The notes: a model not told the origin generated them from the sequence alone. A DNA stretch of 63,696 nt, filler included, from Squatina squatina (GCA_031763465.1; 4 parts of 4 records of this genome joined end to end with filler, not necessarily neighbours in it), one strand, 5' to 3'; positions 24,376 through 36,312 are shown, counted from the first letter of the whole stretch. Translations and numbers: made by a program.

Positions 24376-25410
24376 TAGAATCATAGAATGATACAGCATA
24401 GAAAGAGACCATTCGGCCCATCGTGCCAGTGCCAGTTCCTTGGTAGAGCTATCCAATTAATCCCGCTCCCCTACTCTTTCCCCATCGCCCTGTAAATTTT
24501 TCCCTTCAAGTATATTTCCAATTCTCTTTTGAATGTTATTATTGAACCTGCTTCCAGCACCCTTCTAGGCAGAGCATTGCAGATCACAACTCACTGCATA
24601 AACAAAATGTTTCCTCATATCGCCTCTGGTTCTTTTGCCGATCACCCTAAATCTGTGACCTCTGATTACTGATCCTTCTGCTATTGGAAACTGTTTCTCC
24701 TTATTTACCCTGTCAAAACCCTTCATGATTTTGAACCTGCCCTGCTCTAAGGAGAACAGTCCCAACTTCTCCAGTTCCTGCACATAACTCCAGTCCCTCA
24801 TCCCTGGTACCATTCTAGTAAATCTTTTCTGCACCGTTTCCAAGGCCTTGACGACCTTCCTGAAGACTGGTGCCTAGAATTGAACACAATGCTGCATCTT
24901 AGTATTATAAAGGCTCATCATAACTTCCTTGCTCTGTGCTGTATGCCTCTATCGAAAAGCCTAGGATCCTGAATACTTTTTTAACAGGCTTCTCAACTTG
25001 TCCTGCCATCTTCAAAGATTTGTGTATATTTACTCCAGGTCTCTCTGTTATTGCATCCCCTTTAAAATTGTACCATTTAGTTCATATTGTCTCCTCTCAT
25101 TCTTTCTAACAAAATGTATCACTTCACACTTTAAATTTCATCTACCATGTGTCTGCCCATCTTATCGGGCTGTCTGTGTCCTCCTGAAATCTGTTACTAG
25201 CCTCATTGTTTACCACATTTCTAACTTTCATATCTTCTGCAAACTTTGGAGTTATGCCCTGTATACTCAAATCCAGGTCCTTTAATATACATCGAAAGGA
25301 ACAGTGGTCCTAATATCGACTCCTAGAAAACGCCACTGTATCCCTTAGTCCAGTGTGAAAAACAACCATTCACCAATACTCTCTGCTTTCTGTCCAGTAG
25401 CCAATAATGT
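24376..25410 (-). mobile_element. CR1 LINE 3' ~1 kb (RT C-terminus and tail)
   Basis: Minus translations WLLDRKQRVLVNGCFSHWTKGYSGV and ETVQKRFTRMVPGMRDWSY...LGLFSLEQ; tail ATAGAATCATAGAAT on +. Confidence 0.9.
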
Positions 25411-25961
25411 TCTAACAGTGGAAGTATCCTTTGTAATATCAGTTCTGAATAGTGTGAGCAGCAGAGAGCCAGGGCAGACACTTGCAGTACTGCTACAAAA
25501 GCAAAATACTGCGGATGCTGGAATCCAGAATATAAACAAAAAATGCTGGAAAAACTCAGCAGGTCAGGCANNNNNNNNNNNNNNNNNNNNNNNNNNNNNN
25601 NNNNNNNNNNNNNNNNNNNNNNNNNNNNNNNNNNNNNNNNNNNNNNNNNNNNNNNNNNNNNNNNNNNNNNCCTACTAAATAACTTGTGCAAATATTGTAA
25701 ACCACTAGTGCTCTGCAAAACCCTTGTAATAAAGGTAAATGAATCCAAAAATAGAGTGCTAGTTTTACTAATGGCTTTAATGTGAGGTAGCTGGCAAAAA
25801 GCTTATCAAAGGAAGCTATAAATCACACTTGTAGGCCATAAAACATGTGTGCCAGTTTTTGTAATATGCAAGTTTTATCAATTTAGTGACTGCATACTTT
25901 GGGCTAATATTGCTCTTGTATATCTCATGAGAGTTTAAGCCTCATTTCTTACACTTTTCAG

Positions 25962-26075
25962 ATACAATCTTTCAGGAAGTGATGTACTGGACAATGTTGC
26001 ATATGCTCGAGCTTTCAACACTGATCACCAGACCCAGCTATTGTACCAAGCATCTGCCATGATGACAGAATCCAG
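25962..26075 (+). CDS. RAD51: RAD51 internal exon (114 nt)
   Basis: cttttcag|A TAC...TCCAG|gtacc; encodes [37 protein letters not shown](R), near-identical to RAD51. Confidence 0.96.
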
Positions 26076-26429
26076 GTACCAACTTTATAACATAGATTGT
26101 TCAGTGAGCACTTGATTCAAACTGTTCAAAATCTACTGCAGGAGAGTTCACTTAATTATTTACCATATGTTTTATGACCTAGTAGTAATCTTAGCCTAGA
26201 AACTGTACTGAAGTATGTTACACAAGTTAAGTACACAGGAGATTGCATTTCCTACCAGGGAAAGCATGGATTATTCAAATATTTAGTATGTGCATCAGGC
26301 TTATATTTAAACTTTATTCTCACATAAATCACTCTCCAGTTTCAGGATAACCTTTTGGTTTAAAGTCTTTACTGCCCCCTTCACATGAGAAATAAGCCTA
26401 ACTAAGTGTATATTTTTAAAATATGGTAG

Positions 26430-26792
26430 TTATGAGTGGGTATTGCAGTTGGGTCCTTCACCTTCTAAGACCTGAATTTGAATCGAGTGCAGATTGGTGA
26501 AATAAAAGTCATCTCTGAATTGCTGGCTTTAAGTGTCCTATGTCAACCTTTCTTACCCCGGGCCCCAGTGAGTGCAGGCCTACCATTTATCAATTTTCCT
26601 AATTTGGCACAGTCAATAAATCTCAGTCAGAAAACATAAAATAGCTTGTACAGGAAGTGTTAATATTCACACAGTAGCAGATGCTCTTTGAGTTGAGGTC
26701 AAGACCCATTGATGCTTTACTTTGCATCGTCTGCAGTGTGTCTGACACGGAAGTATTTGAAATTGAAAATGGGCACCATGGTAAAAATGTTT
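26430..26792 (+). mobile_element. Near full-length degenerate LF-SINE-like element
   Basis: CCTTCACCTTCTAAG...TTTGAATCGAGTGCAG...CCTATGT...CTAATTTGGCAC...TCTCAGTCAGAA...GCTTTACTTTGCATC occur in LF-SINE order. Confidence 0.55.
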
Positions 26793-27175
26793 TATTCACC
26801 ACAATTGCTCATGAAAAGGTATTCCCTTCTCCTGTCCCTGCACCCTGCTGAAAATAAGAGTCTTGAAACTTGTTGATGGAACTCTGAATCTGTCAACATT
26901 AGGAAACTATTAAGATAGACACTACCAGCAAAACTGAAGCAGTTTGCAAACTCATTTAAATATTCTGCACTGTCTAATTTTCCCCTATTTTCTCTCCTGC
27001 CTTCAAAGTGTTGATTCACACTGTAATACAGTTACAAGGATGCTGGCTACCCTTTGGTGCCTAACCTCATTCATTCTTAACTTGCAAGCCCATACCTTGA
27101 GTGTTAGCAGTATAGCTCTACCAAAGAGAGCATCACAGACAGACCTGATTGTTCACATCCAGTGTTGGTCTCCAG

Positions 27176-27345
27176 CTAGGATTTCAACCTTCCAGGATTG
27201 TCCTGGAGTCGCCTAGAATAAAACATTAATCTGGAAACTGCTGCGAGCAATTTGGGAGAAGAAAATCATACAGGCCGTAAAAATAATTGTGTTTTTTCAG
27301 TTTCATTGTACACTTTTATTTTAGTTATTAAAATATTGGGGGTGA
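27176..27345 (+). mobile_element. hAT-like non-autonomous element end
   Basis: CTAGGATTTCAACCTTCCAGGATTGTCCTGGAGTCGCC, homologous to the reverse complement of 3722-3932. Confidence 0.6.
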
Positions 27346-27879
27346 GGGTGGTGGAAAGGCTGTTTGACTGACGAGCAGCACACCGGGACCGGTCAGGAAC
27401 AGTTGGTGAGGGTTGCAGGGGAAAGAGGGCAACTGGGGGATCAGGTGATTTGGGGCGAGTGGAGGGAGTGGGATGGGCATGGGGACCAGTATTTTCTGCA
27501 GTGCCAAGATAGCAGCAGCAGCAGAAACATGGTGAGTGGGATCGGCACCGAGAAAGGTGCAGCCACTAAAGGGATGAGTGAAGCATGGGGACTTTATGGT
27601 GGGTAAATATTGAAAGGCTGCTTCCACAAGGGAACGGAGAACGAGATTTCTGCGCACTTATTTTACATCGCAAGCTTCTACCGCCGCTGTTCATGCTGGG
27701 CTGAGAGGACGGGAATAGCGCACGGCACAGCTGCCTCCCGGGGTTGGTCTCTTCTGTCGGTTCCTCGCTTGGGCATCTCTCAATTTGCAGCCCGAGCTTC
27801 AATCAGCAGCTGAACAATGGGATGCGGGAGACTGGCTGTCCTGTTGGCAGTGATTATTTTCTAAATTAGCTTTCAAGAG

Positions 27880-28005
27880 GAGAATATGCATTTATACAGC
27901 GCCTTTCACAACCCAATTTACAATTTACACCCAATTAAGTAGCTTTTTTGGAAGTGTAGTCATAGTTGTATTGGAGGAAATGCGGCAGCCAATTTGCACA
28001 AGGTC
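27880..28005 (-). mobile_element. DeuSINE (SacSINE1-like) 3' part
   Basis: TGCATTTATACAGCGCCTTTCAC...GGAAATGCGGCAGCCAATTTGCACA. Confidence 0.75.
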
Positions 28006-29059
28006 NNNNNNNNNNNNNNNNNNNNNNNNNNNNNNNNNNNNNNNNNNNNNNNNNNNNNNNNNNNNNNNNNNNNNNNNNNNNNNNNNNNNNNNNNNNNNNN
28101 NNNNNAGGAACCCATTAAAATAATGATGTGCAGCACACATCATATTTCAAGTCATGTAATTCATGTAATTCAACAGTCGCAAGATTTAATTTGAAAACTA
28201 GTAATATAGATATTACAGCTGCAAGAAAGTATGTAGGACACCACAGAAATACAGATATCACAGCAAAAGGGGTATGCAGCTTCACTTTTAGTGACATCAT
28301 GATCTCCCTTCCTATGATTCAAAACAACACCTTTCCTCATTCCTTTCATAAGCAATCCTTTATACAGTATCAAAAGGCCAAATCCTAAGATATCTCAAGA
28401 GGCCTGACCCTAATTCGCCAGAAAGCCCATTGATTCTAGGGTAATTTCCGTGGCAGAGAAAGTTGCTTCTATTTTTCCAAGTGTGCATGAGAGTTCTGAG
28501 TCTTAACTCAAGTCCTCAGGGACCCATGCCTTAACCTGATTTTAAAAAAACATTGGCGCATCTTAAGATGGAAATAGAATTCATGGCTCTCTGTCCCAGG
28601 CTAAGCTGGAACCCTGCTATCAATCTTTTCTGTTGCATAAATCAGCCTGAAAAGATACTGGATGACTCTGGTCTCCTCCTGTAGCGTAATTACAGCAGAA
28701 AATTCTTACTTTGTTTCTGAGAAACTAGATACAATACTCATTGCCAGTGTGTGTGAGAATCCCACTGGTTAAACAAAGGTTCAATCCAGGTTCATTGGGT
28801 TAAACTGTTGAGCTGTAGACAGAAAACAATGTAGGTGCTACTTTCTTAAACGCATCCAAATTTGGTCTGGTTTAGGGCAAAATCCATTTTTCCATATTTA
28901 GTTATCAAAGTTTTGACAATTCGGATTTCAAAAGAGGTTCCGAACCCAACCTTTATTCACATATTAACTGTAGTCACTTTCTTCAGTTCTGAAGGTCAAA
29001 TCAAATGTCAAAAAACATATTGCGTTTTATGATTTTGTTTCATTTTCATTTTAAGGAAA

Positions 29060-29335
29060 TATTTGCTCAGCCCCATCCTACCTACTGGATCATTTGGATT
29101 TCCATTTATAACACTAGGCTTTCTTTATTGTGTAGGGTAGTTAATTTGTGTTGCATTATCTGGTGCTCCCTGGGAATTTTGTTTGAACTGCCCAAATTAA
29201 TTTCACTTTAGAGCCTTACAGCCAGCAGAAAGAGAGGAAACTTTCAACACTTCGTTCTGACCTGGGCTAAATTCTAATCCAGTTCCCTGAGATGATAGGG
29301 CATTGTTCCAATTCACTGCATCCATCTGTGTCCTA
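29060..29335 (-). mobile_element. Degenerate LF-SINE-like element
   Basis: Minus strand GCCCTATCATCTCAGGGAACTGGATTAGAATTTAGCCCAGGTCAG...GAAAGTTTCC...CTGCTGGCTG...GTGAAATT. Confidence 0.55.
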
Positions 29336-29557
29336 TATGCATGCATACTTATTTATGCAGGTTAAAAGTTGCTGTAATAGTAAGGAAGTGTAATTATACA
29401 TGAATGATAAAATTTAAAATTGCATAATAGAATTGCACATAAACTGTGAAGCACAATAGATACATGATGCATCTTTTGATACATAAAACCGTAACTAATG
29501 TTTGTTCTATGCACAAAAGATGAGAATAGTAATTGTTTTCTATAAATGTGTTTTCAG

Positions 29558-29653
29558 ATGCAGATCTTCTGCTTCGAGTCAGATATTTTTGAAAGTTTTG
29601 ATGATGCAGTGCAAGGACGAGGCAATGTGAAAGCTCTGTCCGTTTTATTTGAG
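29558..29653 (+). CDS. PTPRZ1: PTPRZ1 carbonic-anhydrase-like domain exon (96 nt)
   Basis: ttttcag|ATG...TTTGAG|gtaatt; encodes MQIFCFESDIFESFDDAVQGRGNVKALSVLFE versus recalled human [32 protein letters not shown]. Confidence 0.9.
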
Positions 29654-29754
29654 GTAATTAAGTTTTAATGCAAGCACTATTTGAGAAAAATCATTGATCC
29701 TTTCTTTAGAATGCTGTGTTGATTTAAACCATGTTGTGTTTGGTGTAAGGGGAC

Positions 29755-29944
29755 TTGATAGTGTAGTGGTTAAGTTGCAGGGCTAGTAATCTAGAGGCTT
29801 GGATGATTGATCCAGAGACATAAATTCAAATCCCACCATCGTAGCTGTGGAATTTAAATTCAGTTAATTAAAAAATAATCTGGAATTAATAAAAAAAAAC
29901 ACTGGTGTCAGTAACTATTAGATTATCAGGAAAAACCCTTCTGG
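29755..29944 (+). mobile_element. tRNA-derived SINE 5' part (second shark family)
   Basis: GTGTAGTGGTTAAG...CTAGTAATCTAGAGG...TTCAAATCCCACCAT; related pieces at about 36313-36418, 38240-38364 and 49600-49865. Confidence 0.7.
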
Positions 29945-30544
29945 NNNNNNNNNNNNNNNNNNNNNNNNNNNNNNNNNNNNNNNNNNNNNNNNNNNNNNNN
30001 NNNNNNNNNNNNNNNNNNNNNNNNNNNNNNNNNNNNNNNNNNNNCCTCATTTGTCACATTTACATCTTGTATCACAGGTCCAGATATCACATCTGGATGT
30101 AAAGATATTACTGTAAAGTACTTACCATTATACTTATCTTTCAGTCCTCCCGATGCTTGGCAGTGCTGTTGTTCATCGATCACCATCTCTAAGGCTTTTC
30201 TTCCAGGTGGCAGTGCAGGAAAGTTTTATTAATTTAATATTTATCTTTTTGTTCCAACGTCCATTGTGCTTCCTGGAGGCAAGTTTTATTTTAAATTAAT
30301 TAATTTCTAGAACTTTCAGGCCTTCCCTTGTGTTTCTGACCTACTTCATTTGCCAGCACCACCTCTCCCCTCCCACAACCTCTTGCCTATGTCACCGCTC
30401 CAGGTCCATGAGCCCACTTCTGCTGCTCCTAACTCTGGGCATATGCGTGCTGCCCCAGACCTGATTCCTACTCTTCACTGGTTTCCCAACCCTGAGTTTG
30501 CAGGCATGGTTCTGCATGCTGCCCTGCACCCTGAAGTCAAAACC

Positions 30545-31390
30545 ATGCTCTCTTCAGTTCTGGAGGACTCAGACTATTCTTCAGCCATGATATCCCTGGA
30601 ATTGAATGAAATTTTCACCGATTCCCAGCAAACCAGAATTACAGTTACATCCAAGGAAGTCCCAGGCTTCAGTACCACCACAGAATCTGACCGTATATTC
30701 AGTACGTCCACCATCGACCCCAGAGTTGCTCCTCAGCCTATAACATCTGAAGATGGTCTCACAAATAATTCAACTCCTAATTTGTTGTCTGAAACAACTA
30801 CAGGGGCACCTCTGATGGATTCTCTCACAGACCAAATGTCATCGACCAATGAAACTATTAATTTACAAGAACCCAACGTGGTCCCTGCTTCTGTTGGTTC
30901 CGCAGCAAATGTTTATCCAGATATGGCGACCTCTTTCAATAATAACGTACTCACATCTAGTGAGATGTTTTCTGAAACTACTCATTCTCCTGACCAAGAG
31001 ATGTATCTACACAGTACTCCAGATTCCATTGACAGGTTAAATACCTTGCCTAAAGAGAAGGAAGTCCAAGCTACCTCTCCTTACTCTACTGGTGAGATGG
31101 TGTTTCAAACTACCACTGTGCCCTCAAACAGAGAAGTGTCCTTCCATGCTACCTCTGCTTATTCCCATGATGAAGTACTGCTACAGCCTACTCCCTCCTT
31201 AGTCAGTGCATCTTTTTATCAATCCTCTGCTTCTGCTAATAGTGAAGTGTTTCTTCAAATGACCCATCCTTTATCGAGTGACCCAATGTCGCTACATGTG
31301 ACCTTTGATTCCCCAGCTAGTGAGATATTTCCTCCTTCTACCCATATTTTTCCTAGCAGTCAAATGGTGCTTCAAGCTACCTCTGTTGCT
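30545..31390 (+). CDS. PTPRZ1: Probable fragment of the large Ser/Thr-rich PTPRZ1 exon (boundaries uncertain)
   Basis: About 280 open codons of S/T/P/E-rich sequence; DEVLLQPT and SPASEIFPPST resemble recalled human TEVLLQPS and DPASSEMLSPST; shares a 13-aa periodicity with 32206-33269. Confidence 0.65.
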
Positions 31391-31860
31391 TCCTGGCCTT
31401 TCCCCTTGCCCACCAAACCAAACCAAACCACCCCACCCACCTAGCACTGAACACACATCCTGTTCCAGCTTCTCTTCTTTCTTTCCCCATGCGCTTTCTG
31501 AGCTCAGCTTGTCTATGGGCCCCACCTCTTGCTCTCTTGACCCGTTCCTAGCCCCCGAGATAGCCCCACTCCTCAGGTATTGTCTTCCTCCCTTTCAAAA
31601 CTGCTGCCACCACCCTACACAAAAAATTACCTTCAGCCTCTTTGTCCATGAAAATAACTGCTGTCATTTCCAACTTCACCTGCTTCTCCCAAGTCCTGAA
31701 TGCATCATCGCCTCCCCAATCCATGTCCACATTTTCCACAACTCCTCTCCAACACCCTCGCTTGGCCTCCTTCCAATCACCCCCATCTCTACCAATCGTT
31801 TTCCCCACTCTCCTAGGCCCTATCCGAGGGCTGTTACTGGTGACACATCTATCTAAAATT
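31385..31860 (+). mobile_element. L2 LINE RT fragment
   Basis: Translations PHALSELSLSMGPTSCSLDPF and ISNFTCFSQVL match L2 RT N-terminal motifs; frameshifted. Confidence 0.65.
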
Positions 31861-32205
31861 GAAAACCTCTGAGCCATCAAATTGCGTGTGGACGTCCTGC
31901 AGCTCGCCGGTCTCATGTATTGAGTGTGCCTCAGGCCTACCTGTTCCTGGGCAGGGAGTGGTCTCCACGTGCAGATCATGCCAACAGGCCACGCAAACCA
32001 ATTTCTAGGCTATGAACGAAAGAAACCTCTCCTTATAATATTCAGAAGAGTCTTATTCAATAGGACAATTTGGAAAAGGCTAAATGATTAGACAGGATAT
32101 TGCTCNNNNNNNNNNNNNNNNNNNNNNNNNNNNNNNNNNNNNNNNNNNNNNNNNNNNNNNNNNNNNNNNNNNNNNNNNNNNNNNNNNNNNNNNNNNNNNN
32201 NNNNN

Positions 32206-33269
32206 AGTCCGTGTTACTTCTGCATCCTCTGTCGCTGATATGTTGCTTCAAGTGATCCCTACCTCCTATGAAAGCAAAATATCTTCGTATGCTACTCCTG
32301 TCTTTCCCCACAGTCAAATGTCAACTTCAGCTGCTCCTGCTTTATCCAGTAATGAATTGTCGCTGCAACCTACTGTTAGTGTCTCTAGTAGTACAAGATC
32401 AATGAATGATACAGAAACATTATTGAAAAATGAGACAATGGTATATGTTTCCCTCATTTCTTCCAGTGATAATGCACTCCCTTATGTTTCCTCCACTGTT
32501 TCCAATAATGAGCCTTCTGTCCCTAGTAGCCTGTCTTTATCAAATGATGATGCAAAATACATTTTTGTTCCAGCTACAACTCCCAGCAGTGAGATAACTA
32601 TGCCAGTTTCTACTGCCCCCCTACCAGCTCCTTCCGTGCCTTCCTCTGTCACATTGCTGAGTGAAAGTCATGANNNNNNNNNNTCTTCTGGTTCTGAAGT
32701 TGATTTGTCTGAGACAGATGGTAGTGTTCCAGAAACATTTTACCCCAAATCTGAGGAAGTGGCAATAACGCACATAAATGGGCAGATATTCAGCACTACA
32801 GAGGAGCAGAATAGTCAGTATCCCCAAATCATATCAGGATCACCTGCATCTTCTGAAGAAAAGTCATTCATCACCACTCTTAACATCAATTTAACAGATT
32901 CAGATGCGGACAGAAATCACTACACGGCAACAATACTGCCACCAAATGTATCCATCGGGAAGCATAAAAGACCAACAATAATAGCAAGACATAATTGGAC
33001 TGCAACAGTAACTACGAAACCGTCCCCATCACATTCTAGGACTAGCACTTTCCTGACCGCTGAAGAGGAGAGTGGTTCTGGCCAGAGTGCATCTGATAGT
33101 CTAACTGTTAATGAAACTTCAGTGGTTTTAACTTCCCTCAAGTATAATTATAGAGCATTAGACAGTACAACAGGCACAGGTAAAGCAGCAGAACCAAGGA
33201 TGCCACTGTCTTCAGATCCATCTGTAACTAGTGGGCTTGAAACAACTTTATTCGACGTTTATGAGGCAG
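32206..33269 (+). CDS. PTPRZ1: 3' part of the large PTPRZ1 chondroitin-sulfate attachment exon
   Basis: Encodes YATPVFP, SSGSEVDLSETDG, LTAEEESGSGQSASDSLTVNETS and ends FDVYEA(G)|gt, matching recalled human LTSDEESGSGQGTSDSLNENETS...FHVSEA. Confidence 0.88.
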
Positions 33270-34379
33270 GTTNNNNNNNNNNNNNNNNNNNNNNNNNNNN
33301 NNNNNNNNNNNNNNNNNNNNNNNNNNNNNNNNNNNNNNNNNNNNNNNNNNNNNNNNNNNNNNNNNNNNNNNNNNNNNNNNNNNNNNNNNNNNNNNNNNNN
33401 NNNNNNNNNNNNNNNNNNNNNNNNNNNNNNNNNNNNNNNNNNNNNNNNNNNNNNNNNNNNNNNNNNNNNNNNNNNNNNNNNNNNNNNNNNNNNNNNNNNN
33501 NNNNNNNNNNNNNNNNNNNNNNNNNNNNNNNNNNNNNNNNNNTTGCCTTCATGCTCATACATTATGCTTTACTTAACTGCATTGTTATCAATTCATTCAA
33601 AACAAATTCAGAAGTTCAGCTATTATGAGATTGTTTGCTCAGCAACACAGAATGATCTCCTACAGTGTAATCCCAGAGCAACTGTGAATAATTTATATTG
33701 CAATATCAAGGTTCAGCAAGTGTTCGAGCTTCATTATAAACTAGCACTAGATTAGCTTCTTTGGTAATTTGAGAAGAGTGTAACATCGTAATTGAGTAAT
33801 ATAGTTGACCTTGTAAAATGATTACAAATATATTCATACTCTGTTAGCAAATTAGAAAGAAAATCTTGATTTATATGAAAGATGTTAGAGGAATATAATT
33901 GTGGATAGGAGAAATGACTTTGTCTGACCCACAGGTATTCTCTTATGGTTTAAAAAAAAATTGACAATAACAACTGCAATTTACAGGTTCTCGGGATACA
34001 CTGTCTAACCTACTTCCCTGACTTTACAGCTCACAGATAGACAAGTCGAACTGAGATTATGAAAGCTCGTGCTCACTGAGCTAGAGAAACATATTCTCTT
34101 TAGAAAAAATTGTCTTTAATGTACAAGGCCGGCTATTCCCTTGCAAAATACAGTGGAACAAAAAAGCAAATAACATTGCCACATAATCCAGTGGGTACAA
34201 TAGTGTTTGAGATTAAATTGAATGGTGCAATANNNNNNNNNNNNNNNNNNNNNNNNNNNNNNNNNNNNNNNNNNNNNNNNNNNNNNNNNNNNNNNNNNNN
34301 NNNNNNNNNNNNNNNNNNNNNNNNNNNNNNNNATAGTTTCCTAGTTCTGCCATCATTACTCTATCCTCTCCCCCCTGGT

Positions 34380-34550
34380 ATCATAGAAACATAGAAGATA
34401 GGAACAGGAGTAGGTCATTTGGCCCTTCGAGCCTGCTCCGCCATTCAATGAGATCATGGCTGATCATCTAAATTCAGTACCGTTCCTGCTTTCTCCCCAT
34501 ATCCCTTGCTCCCTTTAGCCTTAAGAGCTACATCTAACTCCTTCTTGAAG
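34380..34550 (-). mobile_element. CR1 3' tail
   Basis: CATAGAAACATAGAAGATAGGAACAGGAGTAGGTCATTTGGCCCTTCGAGCCTGCTCCGCCATTCAAT, reverse complement of the 19788 tail. Confidence 0.85.
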
Positions 34551-34649
34551 ATCATCCCAGTGAATCTTTGTTACACCTTTTCTCTGGTGCTGCTGTTTTT
34601 TTTATGATGGGGGTTCCCAAAAACTGCGCACAGTACAATTCAGTCCCCA

Positions 34650-34940
34650 TCAGAATCTGTGCTGAGTAAACTAATCTCAACAGGAGCGGCGATAGGAATG
34701 CTACAAGTGATTTCAGTGCCCTGTCGTTAGGTTGGTGGGGGGAATCACTCTCGAGCATTATCCAGCAACCCCTACTGGAACTGTGCATGTCTGGATGTTG
34801 GGTGAGGATAGGATCAGGTTTGGCTTGATACTCCTCCACTCTTAAATAGCCTGCTTTAACAGTCACTGACAGTACTCACACATAAAGAATGGCCTGTCAG
34901 CTGAGGTACCAGAGAGCGGCAGGAATCCATGAAACCAAGG
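34650..34940 (+). mobile_element. AmnSINE2-like SINE body
   Basis: TCTGTGCTGAGTAAACTAATCTCA...TGCTACAAGTG...TATCCAGCAACCCCTACTGGAA...GGGTGAGGATAGGATCAGG...CTCACACATAAAGAATGGCC...GAGGTACCAGAG, colinear with the recalled AmnSINE2 consensus. Confidence 0.65.
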
Positions 34941-34944
34941 CAAC

Positions 34945-35060
34945 AATGGTTTACAACAGCGACTACACTTCCAAGGTATTTCATTGGCTGTGGAGCTCTT
35001 TTGGACGTCCTGAGGTTATAAAAAGTGTTGTATAAATGCAAGTCTGTCGTTCTTTTTCTT
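34945..35060 (+). mobile_element. DeuSINE 3' tail
   Basis: ACAACAGCGACTACACTTCC...TCATTGGCTGT...GGACGTCCTGAGG...TATAAATGCAAGTCT. Confidence 0.8.
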
Positions 35061-36312
35061 CAGGAGGAGAGAAAATTGCAGACAAAAATTGATGAGTAAA
35101 GTTTTGAATGTAAATGCAATTAGGCAGCTAAGTTCTGGAAAGGATTTATTTTACAGTTTTAATAATAAGATTGGAAAACTTATAGATAATTTTTTAACCA
35201 AAGTCCTTAGCACAAACAACTATTTGCATGGATGGACTCTGGCACAAGACACTGATAGCAAATAGCAAGCTGCAATTCTCTTTGTGCTCTACAGAAAGCT
35301 ACCTTTTCAGCCCAAGCTTGTGGATATGAACGTAACTATCCAAAGGCCAAGGACAAGATGGTGGTTTGCAAACCTCGGAAGCTGGGCTTGCAAAATTGAA
35401 ATTCTTGTGACATAACTTGTGTCAAAACTCCAGGGAGATTAGCAATTTGTCAGGAGTAAATTTTATCTTCTAAACAAATGGACCATTTTAAAAGCACCAA
35501 GGACGATGAGAAAATGTATTGCCTGCTGGGATCTTTGCAGTAATAATATCTATGAAGATAAAAATGCAAGTTTTACAAAATGAAGTTTTGTGCAAATGAC
35601 GCAACGTTCCAAAAATATAATACTGTTGCGATGACTGTGGGCCTTTACTTCCTCGGTTAGTTTCAATTATATCGGCCCTATGGTAAGAGGGAGGCTGCTC
35701 CAAGGTGTTGTAATGAGCACAGTGCCTCACTGTACTCCCTGTGGGACCACATACAGTCACCTACTCAAAAAACAAGTCTTGAACAATCAAGGAAAACAAG
35801 GCGAGATTCTTTTTTTGTTTATTATATTTCAATAATTTTCAGAGGTTTAATTTTGCCATTTTAGTTTGTTAAGTACCTGATTAAAAGTTTCATGTTATTA
35901 ACAAGAAGAGATTTGGCCATCGGCCACAGAGGGAAGGTGCCAATGAAATGATCTGGCAGTTTGCAGAATACCAAAGATAGAACTGCTAGGCCGTACAACA
36001 ATGGTTGCAAACCTGTCAGCAGCACTGATATCTTTTTAATAGGGTGATAATTAGCAGTAAGCTTACTTATCAACACTTAGCACACAGGCTTGCTGTGGAT
36101 GGACAATTAAATGGAACAGATGGATATTTTGTGATGAGTATTACAGTTAGTGTTCAGGAGAATATGTTTTGATAATTTTCCCCCAGCTGGTATGTGTCAG
36201 TAATACAGCATTNNNNNNNNNNNNNNNNNNNNNNNNNNNNNNNNNNNNNNNNNNNNNNNNNNNNNNNNNNNNNNNNNNNNNNNNNNNNNNNNNNNNNNNN
36301 NNNNNNNNNNNN

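Noticed and set aside
30350-31444. 364-aa ORF as a standalone mucin gene
   Set aside because: Starts at a non-ATG codon, has no signal peptide and both ends run into non-coding or repeat sequence; better explained as a PTPRZ1 exon fragment
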